Shown here in pieces: positions 15,429-25,455 of a DNA stretch of 64,000 bases. Below the pieces are notes generated by a model. It searched no databases, was not told the DNA's origin, and saw only the letters and a list, made by a program, of their open reading frames with translations. Position numbers and translations under genes: made by a program. Position 1 is the first letter of the stretch. The number at the start of each line of letters is the position of its first letter. This stretch comes from an uncultured virus (IMG/VR IMGVR_UViG_3300023174_000066) (taxonomy: Duplodnaviria; Heunggongvirae; Uroviricota; Caudoviricetes). Where the stretch lies: the IMG/VR virus record IMGVR_UViG_3300023174_000066. One strand, 5' to 3'.

Positions 15429-16340
15429 ATGTACGGTAACTTTTTAGTCCCCCCGGGCATGACCCTCAGACATACGTTTTCTTCTGCTACTACAAACGCG
15501 TCAGTCAGCCTCACCGGCGCACCCGCTTTTGTCTTTGCCATCGTCATCGGCGGGGGCGGTGCGGGCGGGGGCGGCAACGCGGGAGATAGATCCTGCGGGG
15601 GCGGCGGGGGAGGAGCCATTTCTTACGGCCTTGTTCCCGCGGCAACTAGAGTGACTGTTGGCGCTGGAGGAGTGGGCGTTGTAGACGCTGACGGCGGAAA
15701 TGGAGGGTCTTCCTCCTACTCGACCCTGTACGCCGAGGGAGGCGCGGGTGGCGGTCGCGCCGCTCCCGCGACTGTTTCTGAGTATGGAGCTGGCGCTGGA
15801 GGCGCAGGAAAAAACTCTGGTGCTGGAACTACTATTGGTGGTACGGGAAGTACTCTTTGGTACAACATTGGGGGCGCTGGCGGAAACGGCCTAGCTTCTG
15901 GAGCTCCGACAGCAGAATCAGGAGACGCTGGTTCTGCCGGTGGTGGTGGCGGAGGAGCCTCAAACTCTGGAACAACAGGAGCAAACCCCGCTAACGGGGG
16001 GGACGGGGGTTCCGGTTGGACTGGTGGTGGAGGAGGCTCTGGAACTAGTCAGGACGCGACCGTGACGGGGACCAGTACTGGTGGGGACGGTGGAGGCTCG
16101 TACGCCGGGTACACGGGAGGAACTGGCGGCAGTAGGACAACAACTACTACTAGTCGAACAGCTACCGGCGGGGGCGGAGCAGGTTTCTTGGGAAACGGAT
16201 CTAACGGTGTCGGTGCGGCCGCGAGCAACGGAGCCAACGGCGGAGCAGGGGGATCCGGAGGCGGAGGCGGAGGCGGGGCTGGCGGAGTCTCTTCAACTGG
16301 CGGAGCAGGTGGAGCCGGCTGCGTTTTAATCTATTACTAA
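15429..16340 (+). CDS. Glycine-rich virion protein, paralog of the fibre C-terminal domain
   Basis: LTGAPA.V.A...GGGG..., ends GGAGGAGCVLIYY like the upstream [13 protein letters not shown]. Confidence 0.8.
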   Translation: MYGNFLVPPGMTLRHTFSSATTNASVSLTGAPAFVFAIVIGGGGAGGGGNAGDRSCGGGGGGAISYGLVPAATRVTVGAGGVGVVDADGGNGGSSSYSTLYAEGGAGGGRAAPATVSEYGAGAGGAGKNSGAGTTIGGTGSTLWYNIGGAGGNGLASGAPTAESGDAGSAGGGGGGASNSGTTGANPANGGDGGSGWTGGGGGSGTSQDATVTGTSTGGDGGGSYAGYTGGTGGSRTTTTTSRTATGGGGAGFLGNGSNGVGAAASNGANGGAGGSGGGGGGGAGGVSSTGGAGGAGCVLIYY

Positions 16341-16354
16341 AGAAAGAAATATAA

Positions 16355-16558
16355 ATGAACGTATATGCAGTAGTCAACGTCTCACAGGGGCGGGTATCAA
16401 ACATTATTATTGCCGACAGTTTGGAACAAGCACGCTCTTTAATTAACAGCGTAGTAGAAGTCACAGAACTGACTGGCCCAGCTAGAATTGGTGATTGGTG
16501 GGACGGAACGTCCTTTATGGAGAACCCTCCTGAAGACCCCGAAGAATCAGTGCTTTAA
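16355..16558 (+). CDS. Small fibre-associated protein
   Basis: YAVV....VSNIIIAD...ARIGDWWDGTSF pattern, typical downstream of glycine-rich fibres. Confidence 0.7.
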   Translation: MNVYAVVNVSQGRVSNIIIADSLEQARSLINSVVEVTELTGPARIGDWWDGTSFMENPPEDPEESVL

Positions 16559-16639
16559 TTCACAAGCTTTAGCTAACGACGGAACTACATAAGTTTTTCC
16601 GCATCCAGGGCATCGATATGGATTCTGTGGAGTTATCAT
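16547..16639 (-). CDS. 30-aa zinc-finger peptide (MITPQNPYRCPGCGKTYVVPSLAKACELKH)
   Basis: TATAAT + 7 nt + ATG; CxxC...CxxxH. Confidence 0.6.
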   Translation of the reverse strand: MITPQNPYRCPGCGKTYVVPSLAKACELKH

Positions 16640-16684
16640 TACTACAATTATACCGCGTGTTTGCTGGGCTGTGTGGTATCCTTT

Positions 16685-16710
16685 GTATAGACTTAACTTT
16701 AAGTTTATAC
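16685..16710. repeat. 26-bp palindrome, copy B (GTATAGACTTAA-CT-TTAAGTTTATAC), upstream of the kinase-recombinase operon
   Basis: Arms identical to 125-150. Confidence 0.8.
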
Positions 16711-16769
16711 GGCGTTTTTCTCTAAAATGCTGTACAAAATGATACATTCTATTATACAACTGGAGACGT

Positions 16770-17678
16770 ATGAAGCTTTACATTGCTGGCCCTATGACGG
16801 GCATGGAGGATTGGAACTTCCCCGCATTCTTCGATGCTGAAAAGCAGTTAGAAAGTCTTGGATACGCGGTGGAAAACCCAGCACGGCACGATGGCAATAC
16901 TGTTGAAGAAGCCCTGGCTACTGTCGGTACCTCAGACAACCCCGTGGAAAAGTGGGAGTTCTACGTTAAAAGAGATCTTAAATATCTACTTGAATGTGTT
17001 GGAGTAGTTTTGCTCCCAGGCTGGCAGGATTCAAAAGGTGCACGTTTAGAAGTACACATTGCAAAACAGCTTAAGATGCCTTTGTTTATTATTAGAGACG
17101 GAAAACTTGCACCAAGAATTACTTGCATCGGTTTAGCGGGCTACGCTCAGTCTGGAAAAGACACAGTTGCAAAGACTCTTACAGAAGATTTTGGATACAA
17201 AAAAGTGGCTTTTGCAGATTCTATTCGTGAAGCACTACTTGCATTAAATCCTAGAATTGAAGTTGCCGGGATGCCCATGAAACTTGTTCAGGCAGTCAAG
17301 TCTTTCGGCTGGGACTTTTTAAAGAAAGAAGACACGGGAGTTAGAGAGCTCTTACAAAAATTTGGCACAGAGGTTGGTAGAGAATTAATTGATGAAAACA
17401 TCTGGGTAAACATGGCATTGGACTCTATTCCAGACGGAAGCCGTGTTGTCTTTTCAGACGTCAGATATCCTAACGAAGCAGACGCAATTAAGTCTGCAGG
17501 CGGGTCTGTCTGGAGAGTAAATCGTCCAGACAATTTTGGAGCAAACGAACATGAGTCCGAGCATGCGTTACAAGACTACAAATTCAACATCCAAATTAAT
17601 AACGTAGATACTGTTGATTTCCTTGAAGATATTGTTGTGACACTTATGAAAGAGAACAGACACCTATGGAAGATCTAG
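16770..17678 (+). CDS. Fusion of a DUF4406/deoxyribosyltransferase-like domain and a deoxynucleoside monophosphate kinase
   Basis: KLYIAGPMTG...NFPAF...LPGWQDSKGARLE; then GLAGYAQSGKDT, FAD.IR, RELLQKFGTE, SDVRYPNE, HESE. Confidence 0.88.
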   Translation: MKLYIAGPMTGMEDWNFPAFFDAEKQLESLGYAVENPARHDGNTVEEALATVGTSDNPVEKWEFYVKRDLKYLLECVGVVLLPGWQDSKGARLEVHIAKQLKMPLFIIRDGKLAPRITCIGLAGYAQSGKDTVAKTLTEDFGYKKVAFADSIREALLALNPRIEVAGMPMKLVQAVKSFGWDFLKKEDTGVRELLQKFGTEVGRELIDENIWVNMALDSIPDGSRVVFSDVRYPNEADAIKSAGGSVWRVNRPDNFGANEHESEHALQDYKFNIQINNVDTVDFLEDIVVTLMKENRHLWKI

Positions 17679-18307
17679 CTCTTCTCTACGCTCGTGTGTC
17701 AACGCAGCTTCAGGTAAATGATGGCGTCTCTCTTGATGTCCAAGAGCGCAATTTGCAGAGTGCTGCCGAACTCGCTGGGTATACAAATGTAGAGTTGGTT
17801 AGAGAAGAAGGACGATCTGGTAAGAACATCAGTGGACGTCCAGCATTGACTGACGCCCTAAAACGTCTAGATTCTGGAGAAGCCAAAGCACTTTTTGTAA
17901 CTCGTATTGATCGACTAGCTCGATCTACTCAAGACTTTTTGAGCGTCGTAGATCGAGCCAATAAAAATGGATGGCGTCTTGTAATGCTTGATCTAAACCT
18001 TGACACCTCGACATACCAAGGTCGATTCGTTGTGACAATCATGTCAGCACTTGCCGAGATGGAGAGAGGCATCATTGCTGCTCGTCAGAAAGACGTCCAC
18101 GAAGATCGACGCAAGCGTGGTGTTGTCTGGGGCGTAGACATGGGGCCAATGAATAAGACTCCTGAAGAAGTCAAACAAAGAGTTACTTCTGAGAGGGCTT
18201 TGGGGCTTTCTTACCAGAAGATTGCTGACGGGTTGAATCGAGATCAGGTTCCGACTCAGAATGGTCGGAAGTGGTATCCGACGACGGTAAAGAATCTACT
18301 GGGATAG
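17666..18307 (+). CDS. Serine recombinase (resolvase/invertase catalytic domain + short DNA-binding domain)
   Basis: YARVST..Q, E.GRSG....RP.L, DRLARS, AEMER..I..RQ, SYQKIA..LN...PT..G.KW..TTV. Confidence 0.92.
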   Translation: MEDLALLYARVSTQLQVNDGVSLDVQERNLQSAAELAGYTNVELVREEGRSGKNISGRPALTDALKRLDSGEAKALFVTRIDRLARSTQDFLSVVDRANKNGWRLVMLDLNLDTSTYQGRFVVTIMSALAEMERGIIAARQKDVHEDRRKRGVVWGVDMGPMNKTPEEVKQRVTSERALGLSYQKIADGLNRDQVPTQNGRKWYPTTVKNLLG

Positions 18308-19058
18308 CTTTTGAAACTCCCTTGTTTACTTCACCATTCAACATAACATCTTGAGCAAAACGACCACTGAAGATGTATTCACCAGCGTGATCTACCGTAA
18401 CCCAAGGAGCGGCATAGACCGATCCACCAATCTTTCGATATAGTCGGCAGAAGTGGTAATCTTCAGACAAGAGTATGCCCTCTTCTGTGATTGACGTGGC
18501 AAAATATTCTGTAACCATGTTGTCGAAATCAAAAGAAGCATCAGGACCATTCAAAGCATACTTAGGGCAGTGAGGCTCCATCTTTTCAAAAACTTCACGC
18601 TTAATAAACATAAGACCAGTGGCAACCTCAGTAACTTCAACGGGGTGGTCAAGTCTAAATGTTGAAACACCAGGAAGCATGTTTAGTGCAAAGAACCCAG
18701 AAAAATCGGCAAGGTTTTGCTTCCCGGCGTGGACAGCTTTTCTAATGTTATCCCAGTTGATATTCTTCATTGGATAGATTCCACCAATAATATCTTTATC
18801 TGATTCAATCATTTTAATTACATCATGAGGATTAAAACCCTCATCTGCATCAACAAAAAGCAGTGCATCCGCCGCACTTTTAATAAACTCATGGGCAAGA
18901 TTATTACGAGCTCGTGTAATCAAACTTTCATTGTAGATCTTAGAAAAGGAAACCTGGTGTCCTTTTTTAGCCAGTTCAAAAGTAAGACCCATGATTGAGT
19001 CAACGTAGATGCCTTTACAGTTTCCGCCGTACATCGGCGTTGCAATTCTGATGTGCAC
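18183..19058 (-). CDS. GT-A fold glycosyltransferase-like protein
   Basis: IATPMYGG, ESLITRARN, FVDAD, ATGLMFIKREVF, LSEDYHFC, H.G. Confidence 0.8.
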   Translation of the reverse strand: MHIRIATPMYGGNCKGIYVDSIMGLTFELAKKGHQVSFSKIYNESLITRARNNLAHEFIKSAADALLFVDADEGFNPHDVIKMIESDKDIIGGIYPMKNINWDNIRKAVHAGKQNLADFSGFFALNMLPGVSTFRLDHPVEVTEVATGLMFIKREVFEKMEPHCPKYALNGPDASFDFDNMVTEYFATSITEEGILLSEDYHFCRLYRKIGGSVYAAPWVTVDHAGEYIFSGRFAQDVMLNGEVNKGVSKAIPVDSLPSSDTTSDHSESEPDLDSTRQQSSGKKAPKPSQK

Positions 19059-19196
19059 TAATACTCCTTATTATGAAGAGGTCTGACGAAAAAGAGAATC
19101 GCCAGACCTCTCTGTGCCTCTCTCCCAAGAGCACTCTTTAATTGTACAACAACTTGAGTGTAAATTTAGAGAAACCATACTAAAATCAAAAAATTT

Positions 19197-21800
19197 TTAT
19201 TGAGCCATTCGATCGGCAATACCCCAGTCAATATTTGTGTTAGAAACAATTCGAGGGTTAAGGACCCAGTTCTTAATTTTAGCTCGAGAGCCTTGCCCTT
19301 CGATATTCATACCTCTGTCTGTAAGTTTACGCTGCAGAGCAATTTGAGTCATAGCCCGCTCACCACGCTCTTCACTCCAAATTCGATAGATAGTGTAGAC
19401 CTGCTTGACTGCAATCTCTGAACCTTCTGACTCACGCATCTCCTCATTCAAGAACATACCAATACGGTCTTCGTTCTTACGGTAAATATCCGCGGCTTCT
19501 TGAACTGCAGTACACCAACCAAGAGGGTCACGAGCAGAAGAGCCGAGGTACTTAATAGCACCCTCAACTGCCCATGCAAGGACAGCGGGGAGCCCACCCT
19601 CAGCATCAAAAAGATACGCTTTAAGATCTGGATCAGGAGATTCTGGAACGTGCGACCACGGGATGGGACGGATACGACGCCACATAGCATCATCGGTAAT
19701 CATCGGTCGGTGGTTTGTGGTAATCCACAACTTAGCCTGGGCCTTGAACGTAAACGGCTTTTCACCAGGAGAACGTGCCGAGATTTCAGATGAACCAGTC
19801 AACTTCTTGACTGCGTTCTCCTTGATACGCTCCGATTCGGGCAACTCGTCAACCCAGACCATACGCCGACCGCGGAGTTCTGCCCAGTGATAGAGGTCAG
19901 TAGAGGACGTTTGCCCTCCGTTGTCAGCAAGAATGCTTGAATCAAGAGGCCAAGCATACTGCTGGGTACCAAGAGCTTTAACAAGTGCTTCAACAAAAGT
20001 GTTCTTACCTGAACCAGGTGGGCCGTATACAAGGAACATAAGGTCCTGGTTGTTGAGTCCGGTGAGCGTGTAGCCAACCGCACGCTGAATCCAGTCTTGA
20101 AGTTCTTTGTCTCCGCCAGTTGCAAAGTCTACAAACTGCTCCCAGCGGACGTTACGCATTCCAGGAGTGTAAGATACAGGAACACGTTTTGTGATGTGTA
20201 GGTCGGGTCTACCGCGCATAAGCTCCCCGGTACGAAGATTGATAACTCCGTTCATAACACCCAAAAGATATTCATCTCCGTCCCATGACTCTACGGGAAC
20301 AACAATACGAGGATCAGAGTTTGCGCTCTCAACTGCACCATTAAGACGTCCATTGCTCTTGGCTTGATTTGCCCACTTGAGAACTTCATTCTTTTTATCT
20401 TGGTCTTCGTATTTAGCAACCTCGGTAGCAATAATTGGAGGGATTCGCTTAGCAAGTTCTTTCATACCAAGATCTTCGGCATCTGGCTTCCAGTACTGAC
20501 CTTCCCAGATAAACCAGCCAATTCCAGGAGTGTATCGAACTGAAGAACCAAAAGAGTCAATCATTCGTCGTCCGTTGCCAATATCAGTCAATGATCGCTT
20601 ACCTGGAGTACCACCTTCATGCTCAGAGATAGCATCAGGATCTTTGGGGATGTCTACGTTGCCACCGCTAAATGCCTCATCAATAGACGAACCGCTATGG
20701 GCCGCGTCGGCAACTGCAGCACCAATAGTCCCAAGAAGTTGAATAGAAGGATCATCGTGCTGCTCGGCAACTTGAGCAGCGGTGGCTCGAGCTTCAGCTT
20801 GATTATTTTTTGCCCAATCTTGAGCACCTGGCCACAGCATATCCCCAACAGGGTTGTTGGCGACAAAATCAATTGCACGACGAACGTGCATGAGAAGCCC
20901 GCCCTGACCCTCAAGTTCAAGAGGTGGGCGAACCTTTTCGTGGTTGAAGCGAATCATCAAAGTTTCGACTGCAAGCTTTCCAGCCTCCGAGTCGACATTC
21001 ATCTTGTTAGCAATTGCACACGTAAGTTTGTAAACGTCTACGGCACGGGAACCTTCATCAATTCCCTCTTCCAAAAACTTATTGATGTCAACTCGGTCGT
21101 CGCCACCAAGATCTCCAAGCCAGCTCCAGTCACCAGTACCGAGAGATGTGCCGGTCCGACCACTTCCTCTACGCTTGCGAAGTGCTTCGAGCAATTCTTC
21201 GGGTGCCTCTGCCATCTCAACTTCCCAAGGAGCACAGCCAGCAGCCCAATCATAAGTAACACCAGATCCGTGGCGGCTAGGAGCAACCATTACATATCCG
21301 TTGTACTTGATATCAATACCAGGAAGACCGAAAGACTTGAGATTGCCTACAAAACTCTCTCCGTCTTGGACACGGAAGTAAATGTGACGCCCGCGGTTTT
21401 GCACTCCCTGATAGGTGTAAACACCAGTAAATGCTTCAACAGTTTTGGGTAGGTCAATTCCAATCATTTCTTTAAACTTCTCGAATGAGTCAACACCGTC
21501 AGAACGAGGGTCTATATCAATAACAATAAATCCAGACCGCTGACAGTGGACACCAATGTTATTCTCTGGATTACGTTCCCACCACGCGGAGACAGTCTCA
21601 ACGTCGTCAGTAGATCGAGTAGTCCACTCGCCAATCACCGGGTGCTTACCAATATCTTTAGGCTCTGCGTGAACACCGTTACATGTGCATCGTCCGCCGT
21701 CTGTAATTCCAAAACACGGAAGAATCTTCCATCCTTGCTGAGCGTACCACTCAGAACCACGCGCCAGCTTTTCCGTATGCGTCGTTTTAGCAGATGTCAT
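19197..21800 (-). CDS. Bifunctional primase-polymerase fused to a D5-like SF3 helicase
   Basis: GKHP, NIGV...VIDIDPR, GRHIYF, GYVMVAPS.H.SG..Y; LTDIGNG.R; GPPGSGKNTF, TTNHRP, AMWRRI. Confidence 0.93.
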   Translation of the reverse strand: MTSAKTTHTEKLARGSEWYAQQGWKILPCFGITDGGRCTCNGVHAEPKDIGKHPVIGEWTTRSTDDVETVSAWWERNPENNIGVHCQRSGFIVIDIDPRSDGVDSFEKFKEMIGIDLPKTVEAFTGVYTYQGVQNRGRHIYFRVQDGESFVGNLKSFGLPGIDIKYNGYVMVAPSRHGSGVTYDWAAGCAPWEVEMAEAPEELLEALRKRRGSGRTGTSLGTGDWSWLGDLGGDDRVDINKFLEEGIDEGSRAVDVYKLTCAIANKMNVDSEAGKLAVETLMIRFNHEKVRPPLELEGQGGLLMHVRRAIDFVANNPVGDMLWPGAQDWAKNNQAEARATAAQVAEQHDDPSIQLLGTIGAAVADAAHSGSSIDEAFSGGNVDIPKDPDAISEHEGGTPGKRSLTDIGNGRRMIDSFGSSVRYTPGIGWFIWEGQYWKPDAEDLGMKELAKRIPPIIATEVAKYEDQDKKNEVLKWANQAKSNGRLNGAVESANSDPRIVVPVESWDGDEYLLGVMNGVINLRTGELMRGRPDLHITKRVPVSYTPGMRNVRWEQFVDFATGGDKELQDWIQRAVGYTLTGLNNQDLMFLVYGPPGSGKNTFVEALVKALGTQQYAWPLDSSILADNGGQTSSTDLYHWAELRGRRMVWVDELPESERIKENAVKKLTGSSEISARSPGEKPFTFKAQAKLWITTNHRPMITDDAMWRRIRPIPWSHVPESPDPDLKAYLFDAEGGLPAVLAWAVEGAIKYLGSSARDPLGWCTAVQEAADIYRKNEDRIGMFLNEEMRESEGSEIAVKQVYTIYRIWSEERGERAMTQIALQRKLTDRGMNIEGQGSRAKIKNWVLNPRIVSNTNIDWGIADRMAQ

Positions 21801-21969
21801 ATAAACCTCCCTTGGTAAATAAAATACTACACCCCAGGCTGAAATAACTCAAGATATACTATCGAGTCACTGGATTGAAGTCAGTGTAGCACGCCTAGGG
21901 CTAATCACCAAATCCAGGTTGTTGTACAATTATATCAAGCAATCTGAGCTTTTATTTTTTAGGATACTT

Positions 21970-22299
21970 GTGCCTCTTGAGTGGATTTTCACCACTGCCG
22001 CAGTCATAACCGCTATCGGTGTGATTGTCGGCGGAATTGTTGCTATCTATAGATTAGCACAGACTATCAACAAATCTATTGGACTTGACGAAAAAGGCAG
22101 AACAATTTCCGAAAGATTAGGTAGAGTCGAGCACCAGCTCTGGGAAAATGGTGGGACCTCACTTGCTGATAGAGTAAATACAATTGAAACACACGCAATC
22201 AAAACGACGGCAGAACTAGAGATCATTAAAGATATTTTAATTGGAGCGCAATCAGCAGCCTCTCCAGTACGCAAGACACGCGCCAAAAAAGCCAGCTAG
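21970..22299 (+). CDS. Membrane protein with one TM helix and coiled coil (lysis-associated type)
   Basis: N-terminal TM segment, ENGGTSLADRV; GTG start after AGGA. Confidence 0.65.
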   Translation: MPLEWIFTTAAVITAIGVIVGGIVAIYRLAQTINKSIGLDEKGRTISERLGRVEHQLWENGGTSLADRVNTIETHAIKTTAELEIIKDILIGAQSAASPVRKTRAKKAS

Positions 22300-22370
22300 T
22301 TTAGTTGGTTTTTGGCGTTTTATGCGCTACTATGTAATAACGACGTATTTACACATTAAGGAGCTACGTT

Positions 22371-22643
22371 ATGTCTCTTTCAGAACGCTTGACCTCGGTC
22401 AGCAATAAAGAGAAAAAAACAGCCCTCTGCAAGCTGGGCGATTTAATGGCCGGAACCGAGCTGCAGATTGAAGACCGAGATCAACTTATTTCAGCAGTCT
22501 TGACACCGAGTGGCGACCCACGCCGAATCTCTAGTGACGCATTGTCGCACGCTCTTGAAGAAGAGGGCATTAGTATTTCTGGGACATCAATCACTCGTCA
22601 CCGACTAAAGCGATGCTCGTGCTTCAAGAGAGGGATCGAATAA
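22371..22643 (+). CDS. Small HTH-like protein
   Basis: LSHALEEEGISISGTSITRHRLKRCSC. Confidence 0.7.
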   Translation: MSLSERLTSVSNKEKKTALCKLGDLMAGTELQIEDRDQLISAVLTPSGDPRRISSDALSHALEEEGISISGTSITRHRLKRCSCFKRGIE

Positions 22644-23839
22644 TGAGTCTTTCCGATAAACTCACAAACTTAGTGTCTCCCGGACAGTCGGGGTCTGATG
22701 TACGCGCACTCAACACTCCCGAGGCATGGCGTCCTCGGATGGAGATTGGGGCAGACGGCGGATACATTATATCTAGCCCACGCAAGGCTGGAGAGATTCC
22801 AGATGCAGTAGATATCCTAAAAGAGTTTGAGCTCGATCCCAACTCTTGGCGAGTCGTGTCAGTTCGAAAGTCTCGTTGGCAGACATACAACGGAGAGTGG
22901 CTCGAGGCAGCTCGAATCTCCCTTGCACCTGCAGACCTATACTTTGGTGACCAGCTCGATTCCGAAGCACTTATTGATGAAATTAAAAAGTGGCGTCCAG
23001 AGCGTGGGATCAAAACTTCTACAGGAAGCGGAGCATACTTCCTCGCACCAAGTGATCAGCAGATTGGTAAAAAATCTGGAGCAGGTGGTACGGATCTTTC
23101 AGTAGAACGAATTCTCCAACTCACTGGAGCGTCAGTTAATAAGTTTGAGGCGTACAAAAAGATGGGCCTCAATCTTGGAACAATTGTTTTGGCCCTCCCT
23201 GGAGACCATGTTGAGGGAAACGTTTCTCAGAATGGGCGTCTTCAAGGTCAAGCCGCATCTGATCTCGGTATGACCGAACAAATCCGTGTAGCACGTCGTC
23301 TGCTTATGGCTCAAATTAAAGCACATGCACCTCTTGCAGAAAAAATGATTGTCCCTGTAGTTAACGGAAACCACGACGAAGTGACTCGTCAGGTAGTGGT
23401 AGACCCCGCTGACGGCTGGAACGTCGAGATTGCTTCGGCAGTTCAGGACGCCTGCGCCGAAAACCCCGCCCTGCAACACGTCGAGTTCCGCTTCCCGGCC
23501 TCCGGACATCAAACACTTACCGTTGATGTTGACGGATGTATGCTTGGAATTTTCCACGGACACCAAGCCGGACGCGACGTCACTAAGTATCTCTCTGGAC
23601 AAGCAGCAGGCCAAACTGCACTTGGTGGAGCAGACGTCTGGGTATCCGGACACTTCCACAACTTTAAGAGTATGGACATTGGCGAGCGCCTCTGGGTGCA
23701 GTGCCCCACCACAGACCCAGGATCTGACTGGTTCCGCGACCGATCAGGTATGTCCTCAAAGCCAGGTCTTTTGACAATGGTCATTGGTGGATCATATGCT
23801 CCCCGAGAGTTTATTAGCGTCCTTCCAACGAGTATTTAA
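22643..23839 (+). CDS. Calcineurin-like metallophosphoesterase/nuclease
   Basis: SDQQIGK, GDHVEG, GNHD, HGH, GHFH. Confidence 0.85.
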   Translation: MSLSDKLTNLVSPGQSGSDVRALNTPEAWRPRMEIGADGGYIISSPRKAGEIPDAVDILKEFELDPNSWRVVSVRKSRWQTYNGEWLEAARISLAPADLYFGDQLDSEALIDEIKKWRPERGIKTSTGSGAYFLAPSDQQIGKKSGAGGTDLSVERILQLTGASVNKFEAYKKMGLNLGTIVLALPGDHVEGNVSQNGRLQGQAASDLGMTEQIRVARRLLMAQIKAHAPLAEKMIVPVVNGNHDEVTRQVVVDPADGWNVEIASAVQDACAENPALQHVEFRFPASGHQTLTVDVDGCMLGIFHGHQAGRDVTKYLSGQAAGQTALGGADVWVSGHFHNFKSMDIGERLWVQCPTTDPGSDWFRDRSGMSSKPGLLTMVIGGSYAPREFISVLPTSI

Positions 23840-24252
23840 TGGCAGTAGTTTATACAGGAGGCACGTTTGACTTGTTCCATAGCGGGCATGTCAATCTTCT
23901 TAGACGCTGTTCTGAAATCGGAGAAGTTGTAGTTGCACTCAATACCGACGAGTTTATTGAGAAGTATAAAGGTAAGCCACCAGTTTTGTCATACCATGAA
24001 CGCGAGTCGGTACTCCGTGCTTGTAGATATGTAGACGACGTGGTGCCCAATATTGGTGGACCTGACTCAAAGATTTCAATCGATCTTGTTAAGCCAGACT
24101 ATATTGTTATTGGCTCGGATTGGGCTCGTCGAGACTACTACGCTCAAATGCAGTTTGATCAAGACTGGCTCGATGCACGAAGTATTGGTTTAATTTATAT
24201 TCCATATACAAAACAAATATCTTCTACGGACATCAAACAACGTTTAAAATGA
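23839..24252 (+). CDS. TagD-like cytidylyltransferase
   Basis: YTGGTFDLFHSGH, NTDEF, GSDW, ISST.IK. Confidence 0.9.
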   Translation: MAVVYTGGTFDLFHSGHVNLLRRCSEIGEVVVALNTDEFIEKYKGKPPVLSYHERESVLRACRYVDDVVPNIGGPDSKISIDLVKPDYIVIGSDWARRDYYAQMQFDQDWLDARSIGLIYIPYTKQISSTDIKQRLK

Positions 24253-24938
24253 CAATACATATTACCGTTGCATCCAATGTATATAGAGAAGATTTAAAGA
24301 AACTAGAGTACCCGTACTATGAAGATGTTCGTAACGAATTTTATAAAGTAAAGGGATTGCCTGGTCCAGCACTAACGTGGTCAGAGTATGCTCAATTTTT
24401 TAACTCATTCCCTTTAAATGAGAACATCGAGATATATGGATTAATGCACTATAGATGCGCACTAAACTTCAAATCCAACAAAGTAAAAATGAAATATTCA
24501 GAAAGAGATAGTTTTTTTAAAAAACAATCTAATCTTTTTGACAAACACAAAAATAAAATTGTTGTCGGCACTAAACTACAGTTCACAACCACAGCATGGG
24601 ACCAGTATTGCTCACCGAGCGAACACGCAGCAAACCTCCCTATTATGGAAAAAGCTTGCGAAAAATTTTATGAACTTACTGGTTATGATGCAAAGCAGCA
24701 TCTTCAATCTACTAATTACTTATATTCAAGAAATATTTTTATTTCTCCACCTGATTTTGCCAAAAGATGGTATAAAATATCACTAGAGATTGCTAAATAT
24801 ATGAATCTAATGGACTCACCGCATAAAACAGATGATCGGTGGGGAGGATTTATTCTAGAAAGATTGTTCTCTGTGTACGTCTCATTCGAGCGTGAATATG
24901 AAATTGTAGAAAGGCCGTTGGTATTTTTTACCGACTAG
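24249..24938 (+). CDS. DUF4422-like putative glycosyltransferase
   Basis: WSE, GLMHYR, N.FI...F..W, R.GGFILERL; AT-rich. Confidence 0.6.
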   Translation: MTIHITVASNVYREDLKKLEYPYYEDVRNEFYKVKGLPGPALTWSEYAQFFNSFPLNENIEIYGLMHYRCALNFKSNKVKMKYSERDSFFKKQSNLFDKHKNKIVVGTKLQFTTTAWDQYCSPSEHAANLPIMEKACEKFYELTGYDAKQHLQSTNYLYSRNIFISPPDFAKRWYKISLEIAKYMNLMDSPHKTDDRWGGFILERLFSVYVSFEREYEIVERPLVFFTD

Positions 24939-24942
24939 TGGT

Positions 24943-25455
24943 ATGAAAAAAGCTATAGTCATTGCCACGTCTGAAGGACGTGAAGATTGGGTACGAGACT
25001 GCCTTGCATCGATCCGCGTTCCTATCCCTGTAATTGTTGTTTCTACTGGTGGATACGAGCTAGGTAAAATTGAGTGGGTATTAGAAAATACTGACATCGA
25101 TCGATTTATTTTTTTACAAGACAGCGTGGTAGTTAGAAACAACCAGCTACTTATGAGTCTTTTTGACTACGATGGGTCTGTTTGTATTATGGACGATCCA
25201 GACTGCTTTGGCTCATTTATGGGTCTCTATGAAAGAGATACGTTAAACAGAATAGATATCCCAAAAGTAAACACAAAAGAGGAGTCAATCAAACAAGAGT
25301 GGCTTTGGACAAAAACATACGTTAAAGCTTGCACAAACCATATCCACCCGGTGGCCGTTCGCCACAAGGTCTTGGACACAGTCTACAAAAACGGAAGAGA
25401 AAACAGACTTTATGTCAATGACATATACGAAAAGTGGAAAGGAACGTGGATGTAA
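24943..25455 (+). CDS. Putative glycosyltransferase-related protein
   Basis: IVIATS.GR..W..DCL, YELG.I, FLQDS, EKWKGTW; lies in the GT operon. Confidence 0.55.
   Translation: MKKAIVIATSEGREDWVRDCLASIRVPIPVIVVSTGGYELGKIEWVLENTDIDRFIFLQDSVVVRNNQLLMSLFDYDGSVCIMDDPDCFGSFMGLYERDTLNRIDIPKVNTKEESIKQEWLWTKTYVKACTNHIHPVAVRHKVLDTVYKNGRENRLYVNDIYEKWKGTWM

Noticed and set aside
20619..21452. 277-aa + strand ORF
   Set aside because: Antisense to the primase-helicase; no motifs or start signals.
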